From IMG/VR virus record IMGVR_UViG_3300008108_000067, positions 26,890 through 90,889 of that record: a DNA stretch of 64,000 bases, one strand, 5' to 3'. Both the position numbers and the translations under genes were made by a program. This stretch comes from a virus. This document shows, in pieces, positions 30,567-40,202 of this stretch (position 1 is its first letter; every line of letters begins with the position of its first letter). The notes beneath the pieces are model-generated. The model had not been told where the DNA came from, did no database searches, and worked only from the letters and a program-made list of their open reading frames with translations.

Positions 30567-31880
30567 TTATTGTCCAACACTTAATTGATTTGTTAATTCG
30601 GATGCCAATTGTAATCCTAACTGTCTACTATTAAGTGTTGATGCTAAGTTTTGTGCTGAACTGATAGCGGAATCGACAGACCGTACAGTAGTAAGTCCTT
30701 GATTTATTGTACCCAATGACCGTTGCTGTACATTTGTTAAAGTTTGTCTTGCTTGTGAAACTCTATTCTGAGCTCTAGTTCTTGTGTTTTGATACTGCGT
30801 AATTGCGTTTTGTTGTTCACGTAATACCTGTGAACTAATATTTCGAGTTTGTTGTATAAGATCATTTCTTGCTCTATTAACTGCTTCGGAACGTATAGCT
30901 TGTCTAGTTTGTAAGTTTGCTCTTGCCTCACGTAACGAATTTCTTGCTTGTGTCAATCCTCGTTGAATTTTGTCTTTCTTAGGATCAACAATTTCAAATC
31001 CAGCTTGTTCTACAGCTTTTTTGTATGCTTTTTGATAAAATTCCCCATCCTTTTTCTTTAATGTTTCCAAGGCTTTCTTATATTTTGCAAAGAAATTTGC
31101 TTTGGTAAAATTAAATGTTGGTAATTTAGGAAACTTTGGAAACCGAATGATACGTGGGATTTCTCTTAATTTTAAGATTCTACCAAGAACATCAAGTCCT
31201 TTTTTCAATGTTTCCTTTGCTTTTGGTATGTCTTGAAATAATGCTTTTAAAATTGCCTTCTTGACAGCCTGAGCAGTTTTAATCACAAGTTCTAGTGCAG
31301 CTTTTGCTCGTGTATAAGCCTGTTCTAAGCTATCAAGTTTATCAATCAGTATCGTTAGAGCAGCTGATGCTGCAGCGTCTGGTAAATTTATTAGTGCATT
31401 AAATAACGAGGTAAACTTATTAATCTGATCTTCTAATTTTCTTGTTAGTTTTGTTAGTCTATTAGTTAATTCAGTTAACGCACGTAAATCGTCTAGTTGT
31501 TCGACCAATCGTTTTATTTTTGGGTCTATTCCACGTAATATTCTATCCCGAGGATTCTCTGGAACTATTACCCCGTTAATTTTTCTACGTTGTATTGCGT
31601 TTGTCGGTAGTACTTGTGGTTTATAATTTTTCAATCTATCCAATGATTGTTCACTAGAACTTATTAATTCTTGTGTTATCTTGGATTGTATTATTGGAAA
31701 ATTTTGTCCATACTTTTGTACAATACCACCAGGAATTATTTCCGGTCTAAAAGTCGCCAACGCAATAAGTGTTTCCAAGGGAACTTCCCGTGGAATGTTA
31801 CTGATTGTAGATATATTCGAGGTACTATTAGTTGCTCGTTGTAAATAAGCACCAAAATATTGTTCGGATAATGTAGTCAT
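30567..31880 (-). CDS. Helical/coiled-coil hypothetical protein
   Basis: 437-aa ORF between the hub and gp25 genes. Confidence 0.6.
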   Translation of the reverse strand: MTTLSEQYFGAYLQRATNSTSNISTISNIPREVPLETLIALATFRPEIIPGGIVQKYGQNFPIIQSKITQELISSSEQSLDRLKNYKPQVLPTNAIQRRKINGVIVPENPRDRILRGIDPKIKRLVEQLDDLRALTELTNRLTKLTRKLEDQINKFTSLFNALINLPDAAASAALTILIDKLDSLEQAYTRAKAALELVIKTAQAVKKAILKALFQDIPKAKETLKKGLDVLGRILKLREIPRIIRFPKFPKLPTFNFTKANFFAKYKKALETLKKKDGEFYQKAYKKAVEQAGFEIVDPKKDKIQRGLTQARNSLREARANLQTRQAIRSEAVNRARNDLIQQTRNISSQVLREQQNAITQYQNTRTRAQNRVSQARQTLTNVQQRSLGTINQGLTTVRSVDSAISSAQNLASTLNSRQLGLQLASELTNQLSVGQ

Positions 31881-31883
31881 AAA

Positions 31884-33383
31884 TTATAATTTCGAAGTAG
31901 TTTCATCGTCAAAGAACTTTCTAAGATTTCGTATAGAAGAATTGGTTGCAACTTCTCTACCGAAATCAATTGTAGAAACTCCCGAAGAACCTAGTCCAGT
32001 AACATTTTTTAAGCTTTCATTTGCTGGTAAATCTCCAGCCAATGTTCTCTCATTAGTTTTCATTACGAAATTATCGTTAGATGCCCATAGTGGTTGAAAT
32101 GGGTCTGGGAATACTTGGTACTTTGCGTATACCACCAACATTCTTGCGATTAACGCAGGATTCACGATACCAGAGGGTCCGAGAGTTAGTGGAGAGGTAG
32201 ACATGATTGTTCGTAGTAATTCAAACAAAAATAATTTTAATGGTTTTGCCATTGCAATAGGAGATGCATTTGAACTTCTACCACCCAAGAATATTTCGTT
32301 ACCGTGGAACGTAACATTTCTATCGGCACTAATAAGAACATCTCGTTTAGTATTCACTATGGTATCTTCTTTTGAATCTAAACTAATAGTTTTTTCTGCG
32401 AACAGATTAATTAAATTTGGTGTTCGTATAGTAACGTTTCCGGCAGAATCTAATGTAAATCCATCATCTAACGTGTTAAGATGTATGCCTTTTTTCGAAA
32501 ACATATATATGGATGTTTGTTTTGCATTAAATATTAACTTATCGGAATTTATTAATATGGATGCACCATCAAATATAGGTTTCTCAAACGTTGAACGAAG
32601 ATGGATATTTGTACCATACGTTGCAGGTACCAATGGTAATATCTGTTTTGATACCATATATATCGAACTGGCGTCTGCGTTAAGTGATTCGTTCGTCAAT
32701 CCAGCAGGTCCGTCAGCAGTTCTTATTACAGATGATTGTCCAGCACGTAAGATAATATTTGGAAATTGTTCACCATCGGACGCTTGACTTAACTGACTAC
32801 TTCCTAGTCGAATGGATTGTCCATATCGTCCTTGATAAATAATGTCTCCTTCAAATGCTTTGACAGGATTTACATTTAATTCTCTAAAATTATCACCTGC
32901 GTTGGTTTTAATTTTGGATGCTTGTGTTGTGACTCCACGAAGTGCTTGTCGTTGTCTATCAATCGCATTTTCCGTTCGTGCCGCTTCTAATATAGTTCCA
33001 ACAACAGGATGTGCGTTTTCTGATATTTTTCGTTTGGTGTTAAGTGGTCCTATATACCAATAAGTACCTAACATTTTAAACACCAATACATATTCTCCAA
33101 CTAGTGGATATGATGTTTGATATGGTATAAGCGGGTCCGCCCAAACCAAGTTTTTACTTCTGGTGTCTTGGTCTGTATTTACAAACCGTACTTTGGCACG
33201 ACCAACGTTTGCCGTTGTACTTGCTCTATTTTGATCGTATTTATTACTTGCTTCATTAACAATGATTTCTTCAACTTGCGCAGCTTCATAGATAAAAGAG
33301 TCCGTAGCTACTGTATTGGTGGGGGCACCTGGTAGTAGTGTTCTAACTCCGTTGTTACTGACGGGGACTCTAAATCCTGGCAT
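31884..33383 (-). CDS. Baseplate hub/spike (gp5-like) protein
   Basis: OB-like YPLVGEYVLV; FEGDIIYQGRYGQSIRLGS; beta-helix-like repeats INSDKLIFNAK. Confidence 0.7.
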   Translation of the reverse strand: MPGFRVPVSNNGVRTLLPGAPTNTVATDSFIYEAAQVEEIIVNEASNKYDQNRASTTANVGRAKVRFVNTDQDTRSKNLVWADPLIPYQTSYPLVGEYVLVFKMLGTYWYIGPLNTKRKISENAHPVVGTILEAARTENAIDRQRQALRGVTTQASKIKTNAGDNFRELNVNPVKAFEGDIIYQGRYGQSIRLGSSQLSQASDGEQFPNIILRAGQSSVIRTADGPAGLTNESLNADASSIYMVSKQILPLVPATYGTNIHLRSTFEKPIFDGASILINSDKLIFNAKQTSIYMFSKKGIHLNTLDDGFTLDSAGNVTIRTPNLINLFAEKTISLDSKEDTIVNTKRDVLISADRNVTFHGNEIFLGGRSSNASPIAMAKPLKLFLFELLRTIMSTSPLTLGPSGIVNPALIARMLVVYAKYQVFPDPFQPLWASNDNFVMKTNERTLAGDLPANESLKNVTGLGSSGVSTIDFGREVATNSSIRNLRKFFDDETTSKL

Positions 33384-33778
33384 TATTTAATTCTCTTTGA
33401 GATTGCAAATATATCTTCTTCGATATCTTTACCTTCATCTTCCAGTTTTTCAACTTCCATCTTTAAGTCACCTAATAATGCCTGTTTTTCTGCTTCCGAA
33501 AGTAACCCATCAATGGATTCTCCCTTGGCTGCAACACCAATAATACGTTGGGCAATTTGTGCAACACGTATTAAGTGTTCATCATTTTTGACATTTACTT
33601 CAATAAAGTCTTTTATAACAGGACCAATAACTGCTGCATCTTCTGGGGTTCTGATCAGCATAACCAACTTAGAGACAAACGTATTAATTTGTTGTCTCTT
33701 AGAGTCGGTATTCTTATAGATTTCTGAAAAGAGGTCGGAAAGTGATTTTCCCTCAAATATTTCCTTGTCTAAACTCAT
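33383..33778 (-). CDS. Hypothetical helical protein
   Basis: Start placed at ATG 33778 after the GGAGG SD; first gene after TATTTATA at 33801. Confidence 0.65.
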   Translation of the reverse strand: MSLDKEIFEGKSLSDLFSEIYKNTDSKRQQINTFVSKLVMLIRTPEDAAVIGPVIKDFIEVNVKNDEHLIRVAQIAQRIIGVAAKGESIDGLLSEAEKQALLGDLKMEVEKLEDEGKDIEEDIFAISKRIK

Positions 33779-33800
33779 AATAACCTCCAAGTTACTACAA

Positions 33801-33808
33801 TATAAATA
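33801..33808 (-). promoter_or_regulatory. Putative late promoter motif TATTTATA
   Basis: Intergenic, heads the baseplate operon. Confidence 0.55.
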
Positions 33809-33816
33809 GTTAGAGG

Positions 33817-34554
33817 CTATTTTTTATACGTAAAATATGCAGATGGGTCGGAAATATGTCCTGTTCGTCTAAATTCTTGCATTTGGACTAAAACGTGTCC
33901 TCGCATCTTGTTGATTACCTTAGTAATATGCGAAGTTTTGTGGTTAGTCATTTCCCTAATCATTAGGTAGAGAGCTTTTTTATTGAAATTATCAATGTTA
34001 TCCACTCGGCGGAGTAGTTCAACAACAGCGGTGGCGATATCTAAATCTCTCTTTTTCTTGAAAATCTTCGTGGTGTTAAAATCCCAATACTGAACAAGTA
34101 GTTGGATGAAATCACGCATATCACTCTTTACTTCGTGTTCTTCTGGCTCCGCAACTAGAATTTCTTCTAACGAAAATGTTTCATCGGTCTTGTCCGCCAA
34201 GTATACAGACCGCTTCTCTTCCTTATATGCGTTGTTATTATGTAATATAAGATAATTTTTTGCGATTACACTAAAATATGAAAACGCTTTACCTTTACCA
34301 GATGTAAATTTGTGTAAGTTTATAACCAAAAAGGAAACAACTTCCGACTTTACATCTTCAAAGCTACCTTCCATATAAGGAAACTTGAATCTATTAATTA
34401 CATTTTCGGCCAATTTATCGAATGGTGCCCAAATGTACTCCCGATAGATGTATTCTCGTTCATCTTGGTCAGTACTTTGGTTATACTTTATAATTGCATC
34501 TTCGGTTTCTTGTGTAAAATAGACCTTGCCCAACTTAGTTTTCTTTCGACCCAT
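33817..34554 (-). CDS. Phage sigma-factor-like protein (T4 gp55-like late sigma)
   Basis: YF...; DVKSEVVSFLVINLHKF-x4-GKAFSYFSVIAKNYLI resembles sigma region 2. Confidence 0.7.
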   Translation of the reverse strand: MGRKKTKLGKVYFTQETEDAIIKYNQSTDQDEREYIYREYIWAPFDKLAENVINRFKFPYMEGSFEDVKSEVVSFLVINLHKFTSGKGKAFSYFSVIAKNYLILHNNNAYKEEKRSVYLADKTDETFSLEEILVAEPEEHEVKSDMRDFIQLLVQYWDFNTTKIFKKKRDLDIATAVVELLRRVDNIDNFNKKALYLMIREMTNHKTSHITKVINKMRGHVLVQMQEFRRTGHISDPSAYFTYKK

Positions 34555-34813
34555 CGTTTGAATCACTCCCATAAATTAGCGGACGTAAATCATTTATGAT
34601 GTCCGTAATTTGAGAAAAGACTTCACCAACCTCATCATCTTTCTCAAACATTTGTCGTTCATCAATTATCCGCATTGTGTGTAATGTTATGCTCAGACGG
34701 GAATAAAAATTGTTGACGGCATCTTCCATTATTTCAACTTTACGTAACGTATTCCATGTTGCGTAACAAAGTAGAATATTAAACAATAGACTAATAACAA
34801 CAATTACTATCAT
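34535..34813 (-). CDS. Single-pass membrane protein
   Basis: N-terminal TM segment; FEKDDEVG. Confidence 0.65.
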   Translation of the reverse strand: MIVIVVISLLFNILLCYATWNTLRKVEIMEDAVNNFYSRLSITLHTMRIIDERQMFEKDDEVGEVFSQITDIINDLRPLIYGSDSNDGSKEN

Positions 34814-35334
34814 ATCTTTACCAAGTTGTAGATTGAAAAGGTTTGCATGTACTCACGAATACTTGTTCCGTTCGCGTCAGTTCTACCTTTAAAATCTGAA
34901 TTATTGAAAAAGTTGATAACATTCTGTGGTCCTGCCAAATGTGCTGCTGCCAAGATGCCAGAACGTGTAACTTTTATTCCCTTTACTACCTTACCGCTAT
35001 ATTTTATAATAATATTATGTAATTCTTTATTGTTTAGTCGCATATTTGCAACCATTACAGAGTCTTGAAGTTCTGAGTTCTGTAAGAATTGCTTCTGTGT
35101 AACTCTAAATCCTAGCATTCTAACCGTACGAGGATCAAACTGATACTTTCCCATCATTCCGAATCTGTTCACCACATGCAAAGTATTATCACTTTCCCGT
35201 TCTGCCATATGGTTAAGAAACTTTTCAAGTTCCGTTGGTTCCGACCGAACAATACGATTCGGTACATAAACCTCATTTATTTTCAACATCAAAAGAACCA
35301 TTAATGTCGAAAAGACAGTTATTACCTGTTTCAT
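34810..35334 (-). CDS. Lysozyme-like/lytic transglycosylase with an N-terminal signal anchor
   Basis: Catalytic ES motif, GKYQF, AAAHLAG; start at ATG 35334 after the AGGAG SD. Confidence 0.7.
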   Translation of the reverse strand: MKQVITVFSTLMVLLMLKINEVYVPNRIVRSEPTELEKFLNHMAERESDNTLHVVNRFGMMGKYQFDPRTVRMLGFRVTQKQFLQNSELQDSVMVANMRLNNKELHNIIIKYSGKVVKGIKVTRSGILAAAHLAGPQNVINFFNNSDFKGRTDANGTSIREYMQTFSIYNLVKI

Positions 35335-35347
35335 AATTTCTCCTGTG

Positions 35348-36422
35348 TTAGAGAAGGTGCGGTCTTGCCTCACTAATTCCAGCGTTAGTGACTACAACAT
35401 ACGAGGGACAAAATTCATCAATACTCATTGCTCCTGCGTATGATAAGGCCGACCGTAATCCATCAGTTAATCCATCCACGATAAACTTTGCTTTACCCTT
35501 GAATGGAACAATGGTGGATTCACCCTCAACATTACGAGTTTTTTGACCGTGTATACTCTTTGTTTCCAAAGAAGCTGCTCCACGATATCTTTTATATAAA
35601 CCATTTTGTTTTTCAATAATAGCCCCAGGCGCTTCCTTTGTTCCTGCCAAAAGCGACCCAAGAATTACCGAACTTGCTCCAACCGCCAACGCTTTAGCAA
35701 TATCACCACTATTACGAATACCACCACATGCAATAATAGGAACAGTTACTGCGTTTGACGTTTCCAACAATGACGTAACATTTGGTACACCAAAACCAGT
35801 TTTAATACGAGTAGTACACAATGAACCACCACCGATACCTACTCGAATTGCATCTGCTCCCCAGAATTCTAATTCTTCTGCTGCTTCTGCGGTTGCTACA
35901 TTTCCTGCAATAACGTCAATATGAGGAAAGTTATCTTTAATTTTGATGATAGCTTCACGGACAAACGAATGATGACCGTGGGCTACATCAATCAATATAA
36001 CATTTGCACCAGCATTAATCAAGGCTTCTGTTCGTTGGAAATAATCTCCATTGGCTCCAACCGCTGCCATAATCTCCATTGGCTCCAACCGCTGCCATAA
36101 CAGGAGTTGTTTTTCCTTCCCAAGTTCTATATATAGGCCCGTCCCATATAGCCATTTTTACATTTTGTACTTGTTCTGCTTGTTCTTCAATTGACATAAA
36201 ACGATGAATACATCCTACACCACCCAATTCTGCCATTGCAATAGCCATTTCAGACTCACATACCGTGTCCATAGGTGATGCAATGAGAGGAACTCTAATA
36301 CTATAATTAGTTGTTAATCTAGTAGTAAGGTCAATTTGTGACCGTGATTCAATATCCGAATACTGTGGTATCAGCTGGATATCATCATAGGTTAGTGCTT
36401 GTTTACCGTGTAATGGTATCAT
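35348..36422 (-). pseudogene. IMP dehydrogenase/GMP reductase family (no CBS domain), split by a 28-bp tandem duplication
   Basis: LTYDDIQLIP, SPMDTV and GGVGCIHRF in the 5' ORF; IDVAHGH, GIGGGSLCTT and YRGAAS in the 3' ORF; removing one repeat gives a single 348-aa ORF. Confidence 0.85.
36041..36096. repeat. Perfect 28-bp tandem duplication
   Basis: ataatctccattggctccaaccgctgcc twice, followed by ataa microhomology. Confidence 0.97.
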
Positions 36423-37029
36423 AATATGCGTTTTGCTCCCGTTGTCTCTTGATGTCCTTGATGTGATAAAGTGACCACTCTTCTTCTGCTGGAAGTGGTG
36501 CGTGTGTTTGATATCCTACGATTCGTTCATGCACCTTACCTTCCCATCTAATACGTTCTGTATTTTTATACAGTCTAGTTTGGTAGTCAGGAAACATTAC
36601 CCATCCCTTGTCGTTCAGTGTCCATCCCCAACTACGAATATCATCTTCCGTTAATCCGTTTACCACATTTACTCGTGGAATTAAGAACATATCTACATTG
36701 GTATTATTATACACTATATCATGCAAATATGTCAAAAGATTATTATTAAATTTTTCATCAGCATCAACTTGGAAAATGTAATCACCTTCACACAAAGAAT
36801 TAAGATAATTTTTATGTGCAGCAAAATCATTATTTAATGCATGTGAAAATAGACGAATTTTGTCCTGTTGTTCATATCCATATAAAATTTGGGATGTAAA
36901 TGCATCAGTAGAATGATCGTCCACAACAATAATTTCGTCACCGGTTTTTTCGCAGTGAGGAACCAACTGGTCAAGTAGTTGTTGAATATAATGACCTTCG
37001 TTGTGGGTTGTAATTGCAAAACTAATCAT
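36403..37029 (-). CDS. Glycosyltransferase family 2
   Basis: ISFAITTHNE, VVDDHSTD, DADE, PDYQTRLY, VHERI. Confidence 0.9.
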   Translation of the reverse strand: MISFAITTHNEGHYIQQLLDQLVPHCEKTGDEIIVVDDHSTDAFTSQILYGYEQQDKIRLFSHALNNDFAAHKNYLNSLCEGDYIFQVDADEKFNNNLLTYLHDIVYNNTNVDMFLIPRVNVVNGLTEDDIRSWGWTLNDKGWVMFPDYQTRLYKNTERIRWEGKVHERIVGYQTHAPLPAEEEWSLYHIKDIKRQREQNAYYDTITR

Positions 37030-37919
37030 AGTAACTCCCAATATTTAAATAAAGCTTTTTCTTTGGCTTTTGCTTCTAGATCAATGTCAATATCTAAACC
37101 GTAGTCATCAATACGTTGAAACACATAGTCAGCGTGTGCACGAGGATTGCCACGAACATTTTCATTAATATTTTTACTTTCACTATAATGGAATAGTGGT
37201 TTGGTGTCCCAAGTAGATGCAGCGAGATGTGCAGCGTCTATTGAAGATATTCCATCTTGATGAAATGTATGATGAAAGTAATCAAATGTCAAGGGAACAC
37301 CGACACGAGAAGTAATCTCACGATGTAACTGCTTGATGGAGAATGCGTTTTGCTTGTCATCATTCTCAACCACCAAACGCTTTTTACAGTTGTCGGAGAG
37401 TCGGTCAAATGCACGAAGCCAACGGTCAATAGTATCGTCGGCGTAATTCATACCAACGTGAATATTAAGACAATTATAATGTGATGCTTCCAACCCCATC
37501 AAATCAAAGACTTCGGAGTGATGTTCTAGGTCGTGAATAGCGTTGTCTACAACTGTTGGTTTAGCAGAACCCAACTTCACAAAATGGTCTGGGTGTGCTG
37601 TGATTCGCTGCCCACTGTTATAAGCCATAGCACCGGCGGCAAGTAGGTATTGACTAATTTTGTCGTAGTGTGGTAGGTCAGTCAGTTTATATTTGGAGTT
37701 CCACGGAAACAAATCCGATGACAACCGAAATACCTTGACGTTATTCTCTACGTTCCATTTAATAATTTTTACTAGATCTTGTGCGTTTTGTAGTGCGAGT
37801 TCTGATGCGTACTTAACACCACGTTCCAAGAAGGTGCGTTGAATCATACCACGATTGGTGGTAATTTTTTGTTTTTGTAGTGTGGTATTGATACAACAGT
37901 AACCGACTTGATGTGGCAT
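37026..37919 (-). CDS. uvsE: UV-damage endonuclease
   Basis: GYCCIN, FRLSSDLFPW, HPDHF, ENDD, FDYFHH, HYSES, AHADY, EAKAKE. Confidence 0.93.
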   Translation of the reverse strand: MPHQVGYCCINTTLQKQKITTNRGMIQRTFLERGVKYASELALQNAQDLVKIIKWNVENNVKVFRLSSDLFPWNSKYKLTDLPHYDKISQYLLAAGAMAYNSGQRITAHPDHFVKLGSAKPTVVDNAIHDLEHHSEVFDLMGLEASHYNCLNIHVGMNYADDTIDRWLRAFDRLSDNCKKRLVVENDDKQNAFSIKQLHREITSRVGVPLTFDYFHHTFHQDGISSIDAAHLAASTWDTKPLFHYSESKNINENVRGNPRAHADYVFQRIDDYGLDIDIDLEAKAKEKALFKYWELL

Positions 37920-37972
37920 ATAAGTAACCTTAACCTAGTTAATGTATTACATATGTAACATAACATATATCT

Positions 37973-38001
37973 AATATACTACACAACACCGGTATTGTCA
38001 A
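37973..38001 (-). promoter_or_regulatory. Sigma70-type promoter TTGACA-N17-TATATT
   Basis: Consensus -35 and exact 17-nt spacer upstream of uvsE. Confidence 0.8.
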
Positions 38002-38004
38002 GTC

Positions 38005-39066
38005 TTATTTTATAACACCATTTCTTTTTGCCCACCACTTTTCCATAACTTCTTCTGTTTCAGCTTTTGTCATATACTGTGGAAATGGGTCATTTTCATC
38101 CCAATCACCATTATTAAATGGTATTATTTCACGCTCTTCTTCCACGGGTTCCTCGTCACGTTTTATCATCGTTTCCTCTTGCACAATTGACTCAGGAACG
38201 ACTTTCTCTTCGCTGGTGAACACTGTTGTTGGGTTGCTTACTTCTGTGGGTGGGTTCTCATTAAAAATAGTTAATTGTTTAGGTTCCTCTATTACTTCAC
38301 CACGCTTTTCCAAGAAATTATAAGCTAATACTAGACAAATAGAGAGTGGATCAAATACCAATACAATTATTAATATAAACCATTTAACTACTGTATCTAG
38401 TGGTACTCCGATTGCTTTGGAGATATATACGAACGTACCAATATCAGAATTAGTATTGATTTCAACTTCCTTTGTTAAACTACGTGCTTTCAAACTATCT
38501 CGTTGAAGAGAGGTTTGATTAATTTCTTTTTGTAGTGCTGTTGCGGTTCTATTCAATTCTGTTAATGAATTCTGTGCTGCTCGAATTGCTGTATTGGAAC
38601 CCGTGGTACTTTTACCGATGAGGTTGTCTATACGATTTTCTTGCTGACCACGAAGTGCAATAATTTGATCTAATCGTGCAGTCTTTCGTTTAATTTCTTC
38701 ATCCAATGTTTGTGCTTGTGAATTATAAATTTGGATATCAGCATTCATCTTTAATGGTTCTGCCGCAACTTTAGCGTACGCAGAGGATAGATAACCGTAA
38801 ATACCCGCTGATGTGATACCAATTAAAACTACACTAGCAACTAACATATAACTCTTTAATACTTTTGGTACTTCCGTCCAATATCTGTATAGAAAGGAGA
38901 TACCAACCAATTTACCCAATTCCAAAGCACTGGCCATTACCATAGCAGACACCGCTGCTCCTGCGAACAAGGTACCAATACCTGTCACAGAGAACAATGC
39001 AGCACATCCTGCGATTGCTAATGCAGTAAATGAAACTAGTGTTTTGAAATTAAAAATTTTATTCAT
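38005..39066 (-). CDS. Multi-pass membrane protein with a periplasmic coiled coil
   Basis: Three N-terminal TM segments (LELGKLV, SAGIYGYLS), coiled coil, TM segment ending VFDPL. Confidence 0.75.
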   Translation of the reverse strand: MNKIFNFKTLVSFTALAIAGCAALFSVTGIGTLFAGAAVSAMVMASALELGKLVGISFLYRYWTEVPKVLKSYMLVASVVLIGITSAGIYGYLSSAYAKVAAEPLKMNADIQIYNSQAQTLDEEIKRKTARLDQIIALRGQQENRIDNLIGKSTTGSNTAIRAAQNSLTELNRTATALQKEINQTSLQRDSLKARSLTKEVEINTNSDIGTFVYISKAIGVPLDTVVKWFILIIVLVFDPLSICLVLAYNFLEKRGEVIEEPKQLTIFNENPPTEVSNPTTVFTSEEKVVPESIVQEETMIKRDEEPVEEEREIIPFNNGDWDENDPFPQYMTKAETEEVMEKWWAKRNGVIK

Positions 39067-39079
39067 AGTTTACTCCAAG

Positions 39080-39114
39080 AAAAAACGGGTCGGACTTTTA
39101 GTGACCGACCCGTT
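39080..39114 (-). terminator. Intrinsic terminator
   Basis: AACGGGTCGG-loop-CCGACCCGTT followed by a T run. Confidence 0.8.
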
Positions 39115-39186
39115 ATATTTTCATTTTATCTCCCAAAGGCTAGAGGTTTTTGAGCCTATACATAACCGATAAGGATCACCCCCTGG

Positions 39187-39237
39187 TTAATCGGTTATAT
39201 GTGAATGACAAGTACAAATTAAGCAACTGCACATCAT
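39187..39237 (-). CDS. Possible 16-aa Cys/His-rich peptide MMCSCLICTCHSHITD
   Basis: Strong SD AGGAGGT just upstream of the ATG. Confidence 0.4.
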   Translation of the reverse strand: MMCSCLICTCHSHITD

Positions 39238-39265
39238 TCTGACCTCCTGTTTTTTGTAACGGTGA

Positions 39266-39745
39266 TTATTTAATCGTAACCTTTTTTGTTTCTGGCTCCT
39301 TTGTCAACTTTTGGATTGTAATTATAAGTAAACCATTATTGAACTTCGCATCTACATCTGAGACATCCAATTGGTCACCAACTTTAAACGACCGGCTGAA
39401 AGCGCTTCGCTTCAACTCGCGGAGGAGATAAACTGCTTTATCAGTTTGTTCAGTGGATTGCGATGCCTTACCAGATATAGTGAGAACTCCATCCTGCACT
39501 GAGATATCAATTTCATCTTTTTTATATCCTGCTAATTCTGCTTCAATTAACACAGAATCATCATTTGAAATAACATTGACCTTTGGATATGATGCCTTTC
39601 CAAACGGTTCAACACCTAAATGTTCAAATAATTCGGGAAAACTATTTCGTGTCATATCATCAAACATCTTATCAAACGTGCTGATAAAATTGTCACGACT
39701 ATTTAACACATTGGTACTAAACGGACGAAAAACTAAACGAGTCAT
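39266..39745 (-). CDS. Small heat-shock protein (Hsp20/alpha-crystallin)
   Basis: YPKVNV, ELAGYKKDEIDI, GVLTISG, FSRSF, AKFNNGLLII. Confidence 0.95.
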   Translation of the reverse strand: MTRLVFRPFSTNVLNSRDNFISTFDKMFDDMTRNSFPELFEHLGVEPFGKASYPKVNVISNDDSVLIEAELAGYKKDEIDISVQDGVLTISGKASQSTEQTDKAVYLLRELKRSAFSRSFKVGDQLDVSDVDAKFNNGLLIITIQKLTKEPETKKVTIK

Positions 39746-39822
39746 AAAATGACCTCCTATGTTATGTGATCCCGATAGGGCATCACGGTAAAAAGGACTC
39801 CACCACAGCGGTGCGAGTCCTA

Positions 39823-39830
39823 TATAAATA
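39823..39830 (-). promoter_or_regulatory. Putative late promoter motif TATTTATA before the structured hsp20 leader
   Basis: Recurrent 8-mer followed by two hairpins. Confidence 0.5.
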
Positions 39831-39863
39831 TAAAGTTTATGTAGTTTTAAATTAGTTTATAAG

Positions 39864-39936
39864 AGCCACGAATCGGGTTTGAACCGATGCGCTCCCGCTT
39901 ACAAGGCGGGTGCTCTACCAGCTGAGCTATCGTGGC
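39864..39936 (-). tRNA. tRNA-Thr(TGT)
   Basis: Cloverleaf; anticodon arm CCCGC-CTTGTAA-GCGGG. Confidence 0.93.
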
Positions 39937-39941
39937 GTTTA

Positions 39942-40026
39942 CGGACAGGGAGGGATTCGAACTCTCGGAACCTTTCGGTTCGACGGTTTTCAAGACCGTT
40001 GCAATAGACCACTCTGCCACCTGTCC
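39942..40026 (-). tRNA. tRNA-Ser(TGA)
   Basis: ACGGT-CTTGAAA-ACCGT; long variable arm; G73. Confidence 0.93.
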
Positions 40027-40034
40027 CGAAATAA

Positions 40035-40119
40035 AATAAGAACGCTCCCTATCAAACAGTTACCTGTTCTTCCTGCCACCACAACAAGTGCGCCACACTA
40101 CGCACGGGATGTTCTTATT
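40035..40119 (-). ncRNA. Candidate structured RNA between tRNA-Gly and tRNA-Ser
   Basis: Terminal stem AATAAGAAC..TCCC/GGGA..GTTCTTATT; GTGCG/CGCAC hairpin; AACAG-GTAA-CTGTT GNRA hairpin. Confidence 0.5.
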
Positions 40120-40123
40120 AAAA

Positions 40124-40196
40124 TGGAGCGGTCTGCCAGAGTTGAACTGCTCTTGTAAGCTGGAAGCTTACCGTGCTGACGTTACACTAAGACCGC
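40124..40196 (-). tRNA. tRNA-Gly(TCC), imperfect T-stem, encoded CCA
   Basis: GTAAG-CTTCCAG-CTTAC; acceptor GCGGTCT/AGACCGC; only 3 clean T-stem pairs. Confidence 0.7.
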
Positions 40197-40202
40197 GTGT
40201 TG

